Below, piece after piece: positions 1 to 11,874 of a stretch of 37,241 nucleotides of DNA. Source of the stretch: Jimgerdemannia flammicorona (lineage: Eukaryota); NCBI GenBank assembly GCA_003990765.1, contig RBNJ01000192.1, forward strand, positions 1 through 37,241, given 5' to 3'. The notes beneath the pieces are model-generated. The model saw only the letters and a program-made list of their open reading frames with translations, ran no database searches and was not told where the DNA came from. The translations under genes were made by a program, and so were the position numbers. Position 1 is the first letter of the stretch. Each line of letters starts with the position of its first letter.

Positions 1-1
1 T

Positions 2-2431
2 CATGAAGGCAGTCTTGGGTATGTCTTCTGGCTTGATTCGAATTTGGTGATACCCAGAGGTGAGATCAATCTTGGTGAAGTACTTTGCATTCTTGAGAGC
101 ATCAAAGATTTGATCTATGAGCGGTAGCAGATAATGGTTCTTGACTGTGATCTTGTTGAGTGCTCGGTAGTCTATGCACATTCGCAGAGTATCATCCTTT
201 TTCTTGACAAATAGGACTGGGGAGCCAAAGGGTGACTTGCTTGGCTGAATGGCTCCTTGCTCAATGAGTTCATTGAGTTCCTTCTTGACTGCTTCAATTT
301 CGAGTGGAGACATGTGGTACATTTTCTTCTTAGGTATAGCTGCATCAGGTACCAACTTGATTTCGTGGTCATGGTCTCTTGAAGGTGGTAGGCCAGGTAG
401 TTTGTCTGGAAAGACATCCTTGTACTTGTTCAGCAGTAACTTGATGCTTTCACTAATTGATAGCTTCTTGTCTTCTTTCTTGGGTCGGATCAGTGCTACA
501 AAGGCACAGGTAGCTTTCTTGAGGGCCTTCTTGAACTGAATTGCCGAAAGGGTAGCAATTGGGGTTCTTGTCTGAGTCTTGTCTGGCTTAATGGTAATAT
601 TGGCTCTATCCTGAATCAAGGTGACTTCATTCTTGGTCCAATCAATCTGAGGGTTGTGCCATGTAAGCCAGGGTTTGCCTAGGATCAGGTCATGGTCTCC
701 TAGTGGTGCTACCTCGAAATCTAAATGTTCCCAGTACTTCTGGATCTTGAGGGGAAGTTTCGTGGCAATTGAGTCAATTGGTAAGGTGGTGCCATCTGCA
801 GTGACAACTCCACCATTCTTGCCAGCTGGTTTGGTGAGAATCTTGAGCTTATCGATGAGGTTCTTGTTGATGAAGTTCCCAACAGCTCCGCTGTCTATGA
901 GAACATCTAGTTCTTGTCCCTTGACTAGACCTTTGAAAATGAGCATTGAATTGGCTCGGTTCTCGGCTATGCTTGCAACTTTATCAGTGCTGCCAAAGCC
1001 TTTCTGATCTCGCTTGGTTGAGGACAGCTTGGTGACTTCTTTGATGACTGGTAGGGTGGCTCGCTCCAGAATGAGCTGTGCAATTCTGTCTCCTTCATTG
1101 ACTGTATATGGTTGGTTCTTGTGGTTGACTAGCAGGACTTGCATTTCGCCTCGGAAGTCAGGGTCAATGACTCCAGCACCAACATCCAATGAGTGCTTGA
1201 AACTGAGGCCAGATCTTGGTGCAATTCTTGCATAATGTTCCTTGGGAATTTCGACTGAAAGGCCAGTTGGAATGAGCCTTCTCTCATGTGCCAGAATAGT
1301 GACTTGTTGTACTACTTGAAGGTCCAAACCAATGGCTCCTTCTGACTGTGCTTGAGGGATCTGGGCCTTGGGGTTGACTCACATGAAATTGAGTACAACT
1401 TCTTGTTCAACTGGTTGACCTTGAGTGTCTTTGGACAGGACCAGGATCCTCTTTGGTTCGGCAGTTTTCTTGGGACATTTGGTTGCAATGTGACCAGGCT
1501 GACGGCAAAAGAAGCAGGCTCCAGCCTTCTTGAGGCACTCCTTTTCCTCGGGTGTAAGCTTGCCTTTCTTGTTCTTATCGATGGTGTCTAGGTCCATGGG
1601 GGCAGGTCCAACAGTTCTGACTTTGGGTTCCTCCCTTCTGTGGTGGTTGTTGTTGTTGAAAGGTGGTCTCTTCTGTTCAAAGCGGTGACCATAGGTGATG
1701 ATGTCAAACCTATCAGCAATTTTCATCGCTGTATCTAGGTCCTTGGGTTCTTCTAGTTCAACATGAACTCAGGTTTGACCTTTCAGGCCTCAGATGTACT
1801 TGTCGACCTTCTTGTCTTCAGTGACATGGGGTAATTCTAGCAGAATTGACAGGAATTGTGCATTGTATGCTTGCACAGACTTGAGTTGTTTGACATTTGC
1901 CAGATGGTCTCATACAGCCTTGGTGCTGTTGACTGGTTTGAATTGGCCTTGAATAGCATCAGAGAATTCGCCCCAGGTCTTGATTCGGCCAGAGAATCTG
2001 GTGTTCTGGACATGATTTCGCCACCAGATTGCAGCATTCCCTCGGAGGAGTGTGGCAGCAAATTGGACTAGTGTTGCTTCTTTCAAATTGGTCAGTTCTC
2101 CATATTGCTCCAATTGGAAAAGCCAGGCGTCAGTAGACAGTCCTCCTCTTTGACCATCAAAGGTGTCAGGCTTCTGAGGCTTGATAGTGACTGCTGTCGA
2201 ATGTATTGATGTCGGTAGAGGTGCAGAGATATGAGCAGAGGCCTTGCTTTCCTTTCTTTCTATGCGTTCTTGAAGTTGGGCGATCTGAGCTAATGCAGTT
2301 TGCAAAAGACTCTCGATGGACCCAGTTGACTGGGTGGGGATTGGCTGTTCCTCTTCTTCTTCTTGCTGGTGGTAAGAGGCATTGCCTGGACCATAGGTAC
2401 TGTATGAAGGGTTCCACCCATTGTCCTCCAT
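2..2431 (-). pseudogene. gag-pol: gag-pol polyprotein in a single reading frame, interrupted by four in-frame TGA stops (1910, 1790, 1769, 1379)
   Basis: ORF-track pieces 1910..2431 and 1379..1726 and the open frame 1378..2 share one frame. The stops fall where Arg is plausible (KAV*DHL, DKYI*GLK, GQT*VHV, NFM*VNP), consistent with CGA>TGA. Confidence 0.92.
983..1393 (-). other. dut: trimeric-type dUTPase domain between the Gag zinc knuckle and the protease
   Basis: Manual translation shows all five dUTPase motifs in order: [39 protein letters not shown]. Confidence 0.95.
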
Positions 2432-2483
2432 AGTGTTGTGACTGATATCTTGAGAGGTGTCTTGATAAGGCTAGGTGTAACTT

Positions 2484-2497
2484 CACTGCTGCTACCA
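2484..2497 (-). promoter_or_regulatory. primer-binding site, probably initiator tRNA-Met
   Basis: TGGTAGCAGCAGTG starts 2 nt inside the LTR end. TGGTAGC is complementary to the ...GCUACCA 3' end typical of initiator tRNA-Met. Confidence 0.75.
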
Positions 2498-2499
2498 AG

Positions 2500-2894
2500 T
2501 GTAACGGTTCTAGTTTCTTAATGAGGAAGCGACTAGTTCTAGTGATTCTAAGTAGCTCGAAGAGATACTTTAGGGTTCAGGTGTTCTCGAAGGATTTCTG
2601 GGAGAAAATATTCTGAAGCTTTATTTGTGAGAACAAAGGGGATATTTATACAAGATCTGAAAAAAGGATCTGGAAGGATCTGAGAAATCAAAGGAAAATG
2701 CCAAGAGGAAAGTTCTCAGCAAAGATGATAAATAAAGTTCTACAAGTTTCCAGGACATTCAGTAACTAACTAAATAAGTACTAGTTAATGCTCGGCGCCA
2801 AGAAGGGGATTTCTAAGTATGCAGAAAGTGCCGGAAGGTTATAGAATATTCAAGAAAGACAGAGAAAAGAAATAAACTACGCTAAAATGTTACA
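2500..2894 (-). repeat. 5' LTR (395 bp) of the dUTPase-bearing Gypsy element
   Basis: Perfect 6-bp terminal inverted repeats TGTAAC (2500-2505) and GTTACA (2889-2894); minus-strand TATAAATA (2650-2643) and AATAAA (2625-2620); directly adjacent to the PBS. Confidence 0.9.
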
Positions 2895-3227
2895 AGAGAA
2901 TATAACCTATATCTCCAGACAATCCTTGAGATTAAACTAGCAACTCTATTACTCAAGTATGAGTAATATAAAGAATAGCTACCAGCTTACTATAATTCAG
3001 CAACTCATAGTACTATTATCTATAGAAAGTATATAGATAGTAAATCTGATAAAAGTGAAGATAATATACTCACTGATATCTTATCTAGTATATGAAATAG
3101 ATGATACTATCCTGTGGGATGGTGATATGGTTCTAATATATTATTACCTGAGTAAATAGAGAGAAGTAATCTAAGAACCACTCTTCTTAGATGACTACTT
3201 CATCAGAGATGATATCATTAATAGTAA

Positions 3228-3652
3228 TGTTACTGAAGACTATCTAGATAGTATCTAAATCTATAGATAGCTTAGCAGTCATTAATATAGTTAGATTAGT
3301 CTTATATAATATAACTATATACTGACTCAGTAGTCAGACAATCTCTTGACATATCAGTTCACACTTATACTATATGACTACATTCTGACTCAATAAGGTA
3401 CTAAGTGCTATATCCATATTTAGCATAGTCCAGATAGTCTTCTATTAGTATAAATACCCCCTCTCCTATACCTCAGAAACTTAGACTTAAATAATCTGAA
3501 TACATAAGAACTCTTAAATACTTTTTCACAATATCTCTTTATATAACTACTCTTAGTATAGTAATATCATGAATAGCAAATAAACCTATTTAATAACTTA
3601 CAAACTACTCTTAAGTAAATCTAAACTCTGTTAGATCCTACTCCTAACCACA
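3228..3652 (+). repeat. degraded LTR-like segment
   Basis: Starts TGTTAC; TATAAATA at 3449 and AATAAA at 3579 in LTR-like order. The right end and a TSD are not resolved. Confidence 0.35.
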
Positions 3653-3949
3653 TCATGAAATTTCCTAATTAGGTATTGTCTGCAGCAATATGCCAATTCA
3701 ACTAAGCTGGTCTTAGTTTTCTGAACTTTCTGAAATATGGAAAATCCTGAACATCTAGAATAAGTCCAAAAAAGGACTTTGGTTGAGACATCAACTCAAT
3801 CTTGAAATCAATAAGTATAGAAGATATACTCTATATAAAATTGATTTTGATCTTAAGAAAACAGTCTTTCAGAATATTCAGAACTTTCAGAAAATCCTTT
3901 CAGAACTATATAACAGTACTCTAACAAAGTAATCCTCTTATAAGTAAGC

Positions 3950-6345
3950 TATCAATCTCTGGGCTTCACCTATTGTCCTTGCTCCAAAGAAAGAAAGCAA
4001 GTCTGGAGAGTTTGCTCTAAGACTCTATATTGATTACAGGAAGCTCAATATAATTACCAAGAAGGATAGACAGCTCTTGCCAAATATTCAAGAAATCCTT
4101 ACCACTCTTAGAAGTGAAGCCAAATACTACCTAACTTAGATCTGTTCTTAGGCTTTCATCAGATCAGTCTCACTCAAGATATTAGTGAGAAATCAGTCTT
4201 TATCATATCTGATACCACCTATGTCTATCTATGAATGCTATTTGGAATATGCAATGTCCCAGTAAGTTTTTAGTAAATGATAAATAGAGTCTTTAGTAAT
4301 GAAATTAAAAAATAGCTCTTTGTCTATATTGATGATATAATTATCTTTAGCAATACTATATAGAAATATATCAACTACATATAGCTAGCTCTCAAAAAAC
4401 TCAAGAAGCATGGTCTCTACATCAAGCCCAAGAAGTATAAGTTTACAGCTCAAGAAATTGTCTACCTAAGATACATCATCAATCAGATTGGAATTCATAT
4501 AGACTCTATAAAGATTGAGGCTGTTACAGTCTACCCAAGACCCAGAATAACTATAGAAGTCCATGTCTTCCGCAGACTGGCCTCCTACTATAGAAGATTC
4601 ATCAAAGGATACTCCAACATTGCAGCACCTATCTATAAGCTACTGAAGAAGAAGATTAAGTTTGAATAGACCAAGAAATATCAAGAAATCTTCAATGAAC
4701 TCAAGACTAAGTTGACCCAAACACCCATTCTCAAAAGATCAGATTGGAACCTAGAGTTTATTCTATAGACAGAAGTAAGTACTATAGAACTTGGAGTAAT
4801 GCTAGCTTAGAAGAAAGATAGATATAAATATATTATCTCTTATGCAAGCTGAGATACCTATAGAGCAGAACAGAACTATGAGTCATATAAGCTTGAATAC
4901 TTAGCAGTAGTCTGGCCAGTAGACATATTCCACTACTACTTAGCTGGAAAATACTTCATCATTCAAACAGACCATTCTGCTCTCACCTAACTATTCTATA
5001 TTCTGAACCCTAAAGGAATATATGCCAGATAGATCTACAGACTGCAAGAGTATAACTGTACTATCAAATACTGCCCAGAAAGAACCAATGCCAATGCTGA
5101 TATACTCTCAAGGACACTCTGAAATACCCCCATCAAGACTATTTAATATGAATAAGGAGCTATATTATAAATTAATTAGCTATCTTAGGCAGTGAAAGAT
5201 GTCCAACCACCTCAAACTCTGGACTATTACTATCATCAATTGAACTTGGAAACAATTCAAACTAAACAATACTATACTCAGAAAAAGAGAAAAGCTTATT
5301 ATACTCAAATACAAAAAGTATTAAGTAATGAAGAAAGTATACAAACAAGAATACTTAGGAGGAATCAATATATATAATAAGATAAGAAGAACTATATGGT
5401 GGCCCAAGATAGAAGAAGATCTGTGCCAATTTGTCAAAGAGTGTGATAAGTGTCAAAAACAGAAATAAGATCAGTAAGACCAGACATCTGAGTCATCAAG
5501 AATCAAATGTATCTTCTTCCACCATATCATAATAAATATCATTGGACTACTATTAGTAACTTTATCAAGAAACTACTGTATTATAGATATTATAGATCTC
5601 TTTATTAAATAGATAGAAGTGGGAGCATTACAAGAAGCCAATGCTCTCTCTATTGCTGACTTCCTGTACTGAGAAATCATCTGTTGCTACAAGACACTAA
5701 AGCAAATTACCACAGATTATGGCACAGAATTTGCCAATAGATTCCATAAGATAATATATCAGAAATACAAGATTCAGTATATCAAGACTACTGCATACCA
5801 CTCTTAAGAAAATAGACAGACAGAAAGAACCAATAAGACTCTCAAGAACATCCTGACCAAGATCTCAGACATATATGAGAATTGAGATAACTGCCTCCCA
5901 ACTGCCCTCTCTATTCTATGAGACATATAGTCACAGAGTATATACTTTATCCCAAGAGAACGGCTCTTTAGAAAAGAAGATTCTAATGGAACCTCAGCTA
6001 TAAATCTAGATCTAACTTGGTAATAAATTGACTCAGAAATCTAGAGACTACATCAAATCAGAAGAAGGCAGAAGATTATATCATCAAGTTACAAGCACTA
6101 ACAAGGAAAAATGCAGAAAAGAATCACAAGATCCTAGAACCCATTCAAATTGGTGAAAATTCCTACTATATATATCAAAATATGATAGAAGCCTCATAGT
6201 TATAAAAACTAGAGCCCAAATGAGAAGAACCCTTCTATATATAAGATATTAAGAGAACTATCTTTTGGCTTAAAAAACTCTCAGAGATTATACTGTCTAC
6301 TATGGTATATAGAAATAGACTCAAGAAGTACTATGAACCTATATA
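3950..6345 (+). mobile_element. pol: heavily mutated Ty3/Gypsy pol (RT-RNaseH-integrase)
   Basis: Motifs are readable through stops: WASPIVLAPKK, LYIDYRKLN, LDLFLGFHQI, YIDD (4325-4336), RNaseH (NYESYKLEYLAVVW, TDHSAL), integrase (FVKECDKCQK, ITTDYGTEF, TTAYH..NRQTERTNKTLK) and a GPY/F-like KLEPK*EEPF. Confidence 0.93.
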
Positions 6346-6439
6346 AGAAAAGCAAAACATGATGACTGCTCATAAGATTCTAGTCTGTGAATTATAACAG
6401 TATGTCCCATAATCTGCAAACAATCTGTCTGGACTATTC

Positions 6440-6702
6440 TTTAAGAGATATAGTACTAGTAACTACTCATCTATGAGACTTTCAAAGCTAGAGAAGTTCA
6501 AACTATCAACTGATTGATCAAGATTAGAATCAGGCCCTTACTCTATATGAAGAGAGCTACTCTTTACTAAATATATAAGGAAGATGCTAGTCTATAAACA
6601 CTACTTTTTGACTCTCTGCCAGAGGTTATAAGATCAGAAATTTTTTCAGACTAGACCAATGAATAAGAATATTTAAGGGAAGATTCTTATTCAGGAGGAA
6701 GA
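6440..6702 (+). pseudogene. decayed accessory ORF between integrase and the PPT
   Basis: The frame IYETFKAREVQTIN*LIKIRIRPLLYMKRATLY... runs into the polypurine tract. Its stops can each be explained by a single transition. Confidence 0.4.
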
Positions 6703-7080
6703 TGTAACAGTGATCTCAGAATAGTGATATCATCACAGGAGACAGCCTTTTCTTATAAGCCATTAGATTAGAGTATAAGAAGATCATATGGTATGACTCA
6801 CCCAGACTACAAGATGAGTAATAATGATCAACCATGAGTCATAATGACCACAAGATAGACATCTCAAGAAATATAAAAGAAGGACCAGGAAACCACAGTA
6901 GTAGCAACTCTAATAAGACTCATAAAATCTAAAATAGTTCAAAAGACTTACTATAAACAAAATACCTGCTGCTTGCTAAACTGTAAGGTCTAGGAACCAC
7001 CAAGACTTCTCAGTCTAAAAAGGATATTCTAAGATATCAGTAGAGTTATGAGGATCTGCATCAGAAGGATCTCTAGTCTC
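6693..7080 (+). repeat. polypurine tract and 3' LTR start of the degraded Gypsy element
   Basis: AGGAGGAAGA (6693-6702) is followed immediately by TGTAAC (6703); TATA-like ATATAAAA near 6871. The right boundary is uncertain. Confidence 0.6.
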
Positions 7081-7128
7081 AACTTAAGTACTAATAACCC
7101 TAACCACTTTACTCTCTACTGCTGTAAA

Positions 7129-7671
7129 ATGGAGACAAAGATCACTACTACTACTGAATACCTCTAGATATGGCAGAAATATGAAATAGGAAACCTCCTT
7201 TACTAGGAATTCCCTCAGGCTAGTCCCCAAGAGATACAAGATACCATCTCTATGGATGCATGCAAATTGAGGGTAGTCAAAAATATCTATTAGGTCTTTA
7301 GGTATACATCTTGGTCAATCTCCAACTTAGAGTATACTAGAGTCTCAGATTTTAAGGAATTATCAGCCTATTGTATAGATATACTAGAAGCTATAGTGGC
7401 CATAGAAGTCCAATCAACTATTACTCTCAAAAGTAATGAGATAGAAGAGTTCTGAAATCCCATCCTCAAGAACAATCCAGATCAATTCCTGCAAAAATTA
7501 ATCTCAGTATTCTAAGACCCCAGTATCTAGGTCAGACCCTCTCAAGATCCCACTTTTGTCCTCTACTTTATAAAGGAAAACATTATAGATTGGAGAGTCT
7601 CTGATCTCCTTCTCATTACTATCAAACATAATGATATCACCAGTAATGATATCATTTTCTTATATAATTGA
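7129..7671 (+). pseudogene. decayed ~180-codon ORF, probably retroelement-associated
   Basis: One frame from ATG 7129 (METKITTTTEYL*IWQKYEIGNLLY*EFPQ...KLRVVKNIY*VFRYTSWSISNLEYTRVSDFKEL...) has six internal stops, all compatible with single C>T/G>A changes. It is followed by an LTR-like tract with TATAAATA at 8022 and AATAAA at 8049. Confidence 0.45.
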
Positions 7672-8816
7672 CACATGTAAAATGAACAAAACAGAAATGT
7701 TTACTGATCTTATTTTCTTTGAAGATATCCTGTTCCTAATCTCTAGCCTTAATGATAGTGATGAAGATGAAGCCCCCAGGATTCTGAACATTCTACTCTA
7801 ATTTGTTTATATAACCATTTGTTTGAATACTTGAATATTCCAGTACTCTGACTTTATATAACTATTAGAAATTATTCCAGTATTCTGATCTTATACAACT
7901 AATTATATTAGTACTCAAATTTGTACTTATAACCTGAAGTTTCTTGTGTTCAAATATCTTATTTAGTTATTGGATTTTATATTTAGCTTTATATCTTAGC
8001 AATTATTAAATTATATTTTTGTATAAATACCTCTCTCATTTCCTTTGAAATAAAGTCAGTATTAAAACACTTAAGCATTTAAGTACCCAACTACTCAAGA
8101 GCAAAAGTTCTAGTCCTCTACTCAATTTCATAAAAGTAAATCCAAGAGACAACAGAACAGTTTAAAGATAAGAAGTTTGAGAACTATAAGACCTTGGGAA
8201 GGTACTCTAATAGAACTTGTTTATAAGAAACTTATAGTTGATCTAAGAGATATATCTTGAATAAAATCTGATATATGTACTTGGAGAACTCAGTACCCAC
8301 TATATGATACTAGATACAGCAGGGCTTATATTAGCCTATACTTTATTCTGTACACCATACTCTCCCTACTACCAGAGAAAAAGTAATCATATATCAATAA
8401 TTAAAGGTATATATCTAAAACTCCAATATATATACAAGTCTATACCTAAGCTAAATAAAATTATCTCTGCTACTTCAAATAGAGCAACAGATAAAGAAAA
8501 CTCCCTCTCAAAGTACAGAATAGTGAATAAGACCTAGTTCTCTCTAATGAGATAAGTAGAGAACCTATATATATACATATGAGGTAAGGGAAGACCCCCC
8601 AATACCCCACTACTCAAGCTTACAGGCTTTGATTATATTACTATATCAGCTTTTAGTTCTAGTTGAGTATAGTCAAGATACCTGATCCAGATAGCCTTGA
8701 GCCCCCCAATCATCTCCAATGACTAGAACCTAATCTCAAATATTGCCAAAAGTAGCTAAGAGTAATATCTACTACCTAATTACTCTATACTAATTAGAAG
8801 ACTCTACTGATATAGC

Positions 8817-11800
8817 TAGTACTCCTAATAAGTCAATTTAATCTAGATTGGATTCAGATTGATTCAGATTGAATCCCATTTAGATCAACTTGGATGAGAT
8901 TCAAATCTCATCTGGATAGATTCGAATCAACCATTTTTTTGATTTTAAAATTAGATAATTAAATGTTTACATCAATAACTTAATAAATAATCATCCAAAT
9001 TTAATGATCTTGATACTATTTGAAAGCCCTTAATAAGGCCTATCTGAGGGGTCTGTGGAGTGAGGAAGAAGGAGATACTGATGTAGAGGCAATTAGAGAC
9101 ACTCTGGAGAACTGAAAGCCACCACAAGTGGAGGACCTGGGGGAATTGGTCCTTCTGGTACAAGAGAAGGAGATCCGGAGAGTCCTTGTAGCAACTAAGC
9201 TTAGTATGATACCAGGAGAGGATGGGCTACCTTGGAACTTTTGGAAGAAGATGGTGGGGGTCCCTGGGGTATTAGGAGAGATAGTGGCCCTCTGTGATTT
9301 TGTTCTTATGAGGGGTCAGTGAGTGAGAGAGCAGAACTTAGAACTGGTGGCCCTGTTATATAAAGAAAAGAAGAGGAGGGAGGATTAGAAGAACTGGAGG
9401 CTGATCATACTTCTGGATATAGACAGGAAGATGGTGACTAAGGTGATTGTAGCAAAGTTATAGAGGGTTGCTCAGTAGGTATTGGGTGAGGAGTAGTGGG
9501 GCTTTGTTGGAGGCAGACTTATCAGAGATGGGATGACATGAGTCTATGGCATTATTGAAGAGGCAAGGGCTAGTGGATTAGATGGGAGACTGATCTTTCT
9601 GGACTAGGAGAAGGCCTACAACTGTATTTGGTGAGTGTGGCTAGACAAGGTGCTAGACAGAATCAGAGTCTCACTATTATTTCAAGCTTCTATGTTGAAT
9701 CTGTTGGAGGGTAGTAGGGCAGCACTGATGTGTAATAGTTACTGGGATATATCATTTCTCTTGAGGAGAGGAGTTTCTCAGGGGAATCCACTGTCTTCTA
9801 TCCTATATATCCTTTCATTCAAATCTTTGATAGATAGGATTCAGCAGAAGGTAGTGGGGCTTGCTATCTATAGTATAGAGTAGAAGGTGGGGGCTTTTGC
9901 AAATGATTTAGTAATTGGACTTAGATCAGTGGCAGATATTAATACTCTTAAAGAGACTGTAGAATGGTACAAGGTATACTCTAGAGCAAAACTCAACTGA
10001 TATAAGTGTGAGATGATTGTGCTGGGGAATGAATTAGTGAGAGGGAATATTATAGGAACAATTGTCTCAGCAGAAGAAGCAGCAAGATATCTGAATATCT
10101 TTCTTTTGGTATATGGATCAGTCTTACTATAGGTGTGGTGAGAGAGGAGGGTGGCCATCTGAGGGGAGACACTTCGAGACTGGGGAGGTTGCCACATCTC
10201 TCTGGTGGACTGAGTAATGATTTTGAATATCTACTGGTTTTCTAAGCTGTAGTACATTGCATATCATTTGGACTTTCTAGCTTAGATAGTGAAGAGACTG
10301 ATGAAACTGGCTAGGGATTGGATTTGGGCCAAGAGGTAGTCCTAGATCAGTTAAGATATCCTTTCAATGTCAATAGTTTGAGGAGGGCTGGGTCTGGTAG
10401 ACTTTTCTAAGAGGCTGCACTGTCTGAGAGCTTAGTGGTTAAAGCAAACTATAGAACTGAGGAGAGGGAGATGGGTGCCATTGATGCAGAAGGTATGGGA
10501 GATGAGATTCTCCCCAAGAGGATCTTCAGAGAATTTGCTTTCTCTGGTGGACCTGGGTGGAAGCCATAGGTTGAGGTATAAAGGCTTCCGGTAGAGGGTA
10601 GCTAATGGAGTATACTGTATAGGCTTGTGCTGGCATAGTAATGAAGGGGAGATGATTTGGGGACCAGCTATGTAGAGATGGGACAGACTGCTTCTGGGGG
10701 GCACTCCTCTTATTGAGTTTGATATTGGTAATGGTGTAGAGTGTCAGCAAGAACTTAGTCAGGATCTTTGGTCAAGCAGTTAGTAAGTAGTAAGGATTAG
10801 CAAGAAGTGGGATTGGGCAGGAGTCTGGGTATGGAGTGCTGAGGTATAGAGATGGCTTCCTCCCAAATACTGAGTAGTATGGTGGCAGATGCTTTAGAGG
10901 AATGTCATGTTGAATTTCTGCTCTAGGCATCTGATAGATAGTGGCCTACTAGAATGTAAAGCATACCACAATGTAGGATAAGTTAAGGGATTAGTACAGA
11001 TGCCCAAACATTAGCTGGAAGAGTGTGAGATTCTAAGAAACTTTTGGATAGTGGTAGGGGACCAGCTGGGGGTATAGAGGAGACTGGATGGGGAGAGAGG
11101 TCACTGGAAAGATTTGAGAGCTAGGTTAGTAGGTAGAGTGGACAATGAATAGCTCACTTTAGGATGAGTTCTAGCTGTATAGGTTGGGCTAGCTGGATAT
11201 TTACTCTTTGTTTTTGAGGAGAGGTGACAGCTGAGTTTGCAGGAGAGGTTGTTGAGATGGGAGGGATTGATGAGTGATATTCTAACAGAGTAGTGGGTTG
11301 GATGGGATCCCCAGGGTAGGTGTTGCTGCTGTCTGGTAGAAGAGATTTGTAGACAGAGTAGTAGGTGGGTAGAGGTGGTTAATGGCCTAGTGGTCTTTAA
11401 TTGAGAGGGAGTGAGGGGGGGGGAGGGGTCCCTAGAGGGATTAGATAGGGGTGGGCTTAGTATATTATATATAGAATAGATGGCTGTATTAATAAAGGAA
11501 GGAGTCTAAGAGACTATAAAAAAAAAAATTTAAAAAAAAAAAATAAAAAAAAAGACCTATTTAATAATATCAAGAACATTGAAATCAGATCATGTATTGC
11601 TGAGTTATGAATTATTGATTTTGAAAATTTTGTCAAATAGAACATTTTTCTTAATATCTTGGCAATACGTAATTTGATTTTAATATTCTTAGTATTATTA
11701 GAAAGGCCTTATTAAGAGCTTTTAAATAACACTAAGATCATCAAATTTGGATGATTATTCATCAAGTTATTGATGTAAACAGTTAATTGTCTAATTTGGA

Positions 11801-11866
11801 AATCAAAACAATGGTTGATTTGAATCCCATCTAAATTCTATCTGGATTGACTCATTCAGAGTACTA
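8817..11866. mobile_element. non-autonomous hAT-like foldback element (MITE, ~533 bp once the LINE is removed)
   Basis: Termini TAGTACTC.../...GAGTACTA; 8-bp TSD GATATAGC (8809-8816) / GATATAGT (11867-11874). The arm 8915-9045 joined to 11563-11600 is the reverse complement of ~11660-11830. Subterminal GATTCAGATT/GAATCCCAT repeats are present. Confidence 0.75.
9046..11553 (+). mobile_element. 5'-truncated non-LTR retrotransposon (L1/Tx1-like LINE), degraded ORF2
   Basis: RT motifs PGEDGLP, KNWRLIILL, FLD*EKAYN, RGVSQGNPLS and FAND (for FADD); C-terminal Cys/His remnant near 10950-11030; AATAAA at 11491; poly(A) 11518-11553; TSD AAGGCCTATCT (9035-9045) / AAGACCTATTT (11552-11562). Confidence 0.93.
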
Positions 11867-11874
11867 GATATAGT

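Larger units (their letters stand above)
1..2894 (-). mobile_element. Ty3/Gypsy LTR retrotransposon, 5' half (LTR-PBS-gag-dUTPase-PR-RT); continues off the left edge of the window
   Basis: LTR with TGTAAC...GTTACA termini, a PBS, Gag motifs (PDTFDG, AATLLRGNAAIWW, PMDLD, CFFCRQPGHIATKC), protease LIDSGA and RT N-terminal motifs ([38 protein letters not shown]), all on the minus strand. Confidence 0.97.

Noticed and set aside
1379..1381. TGA after gag as a programmed gag-pol readthrough site
   Set aside because: It lies inside the dUTPase N-terminal strand (LNFM*VNP), and three more TGA stops occur within gag. CGA>TGA decay explains all four.
249..2433. Plus-strand ORFs over the first retroelement
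   Set aside because: Antisense shadows of gag-pol with no independent coding signal.
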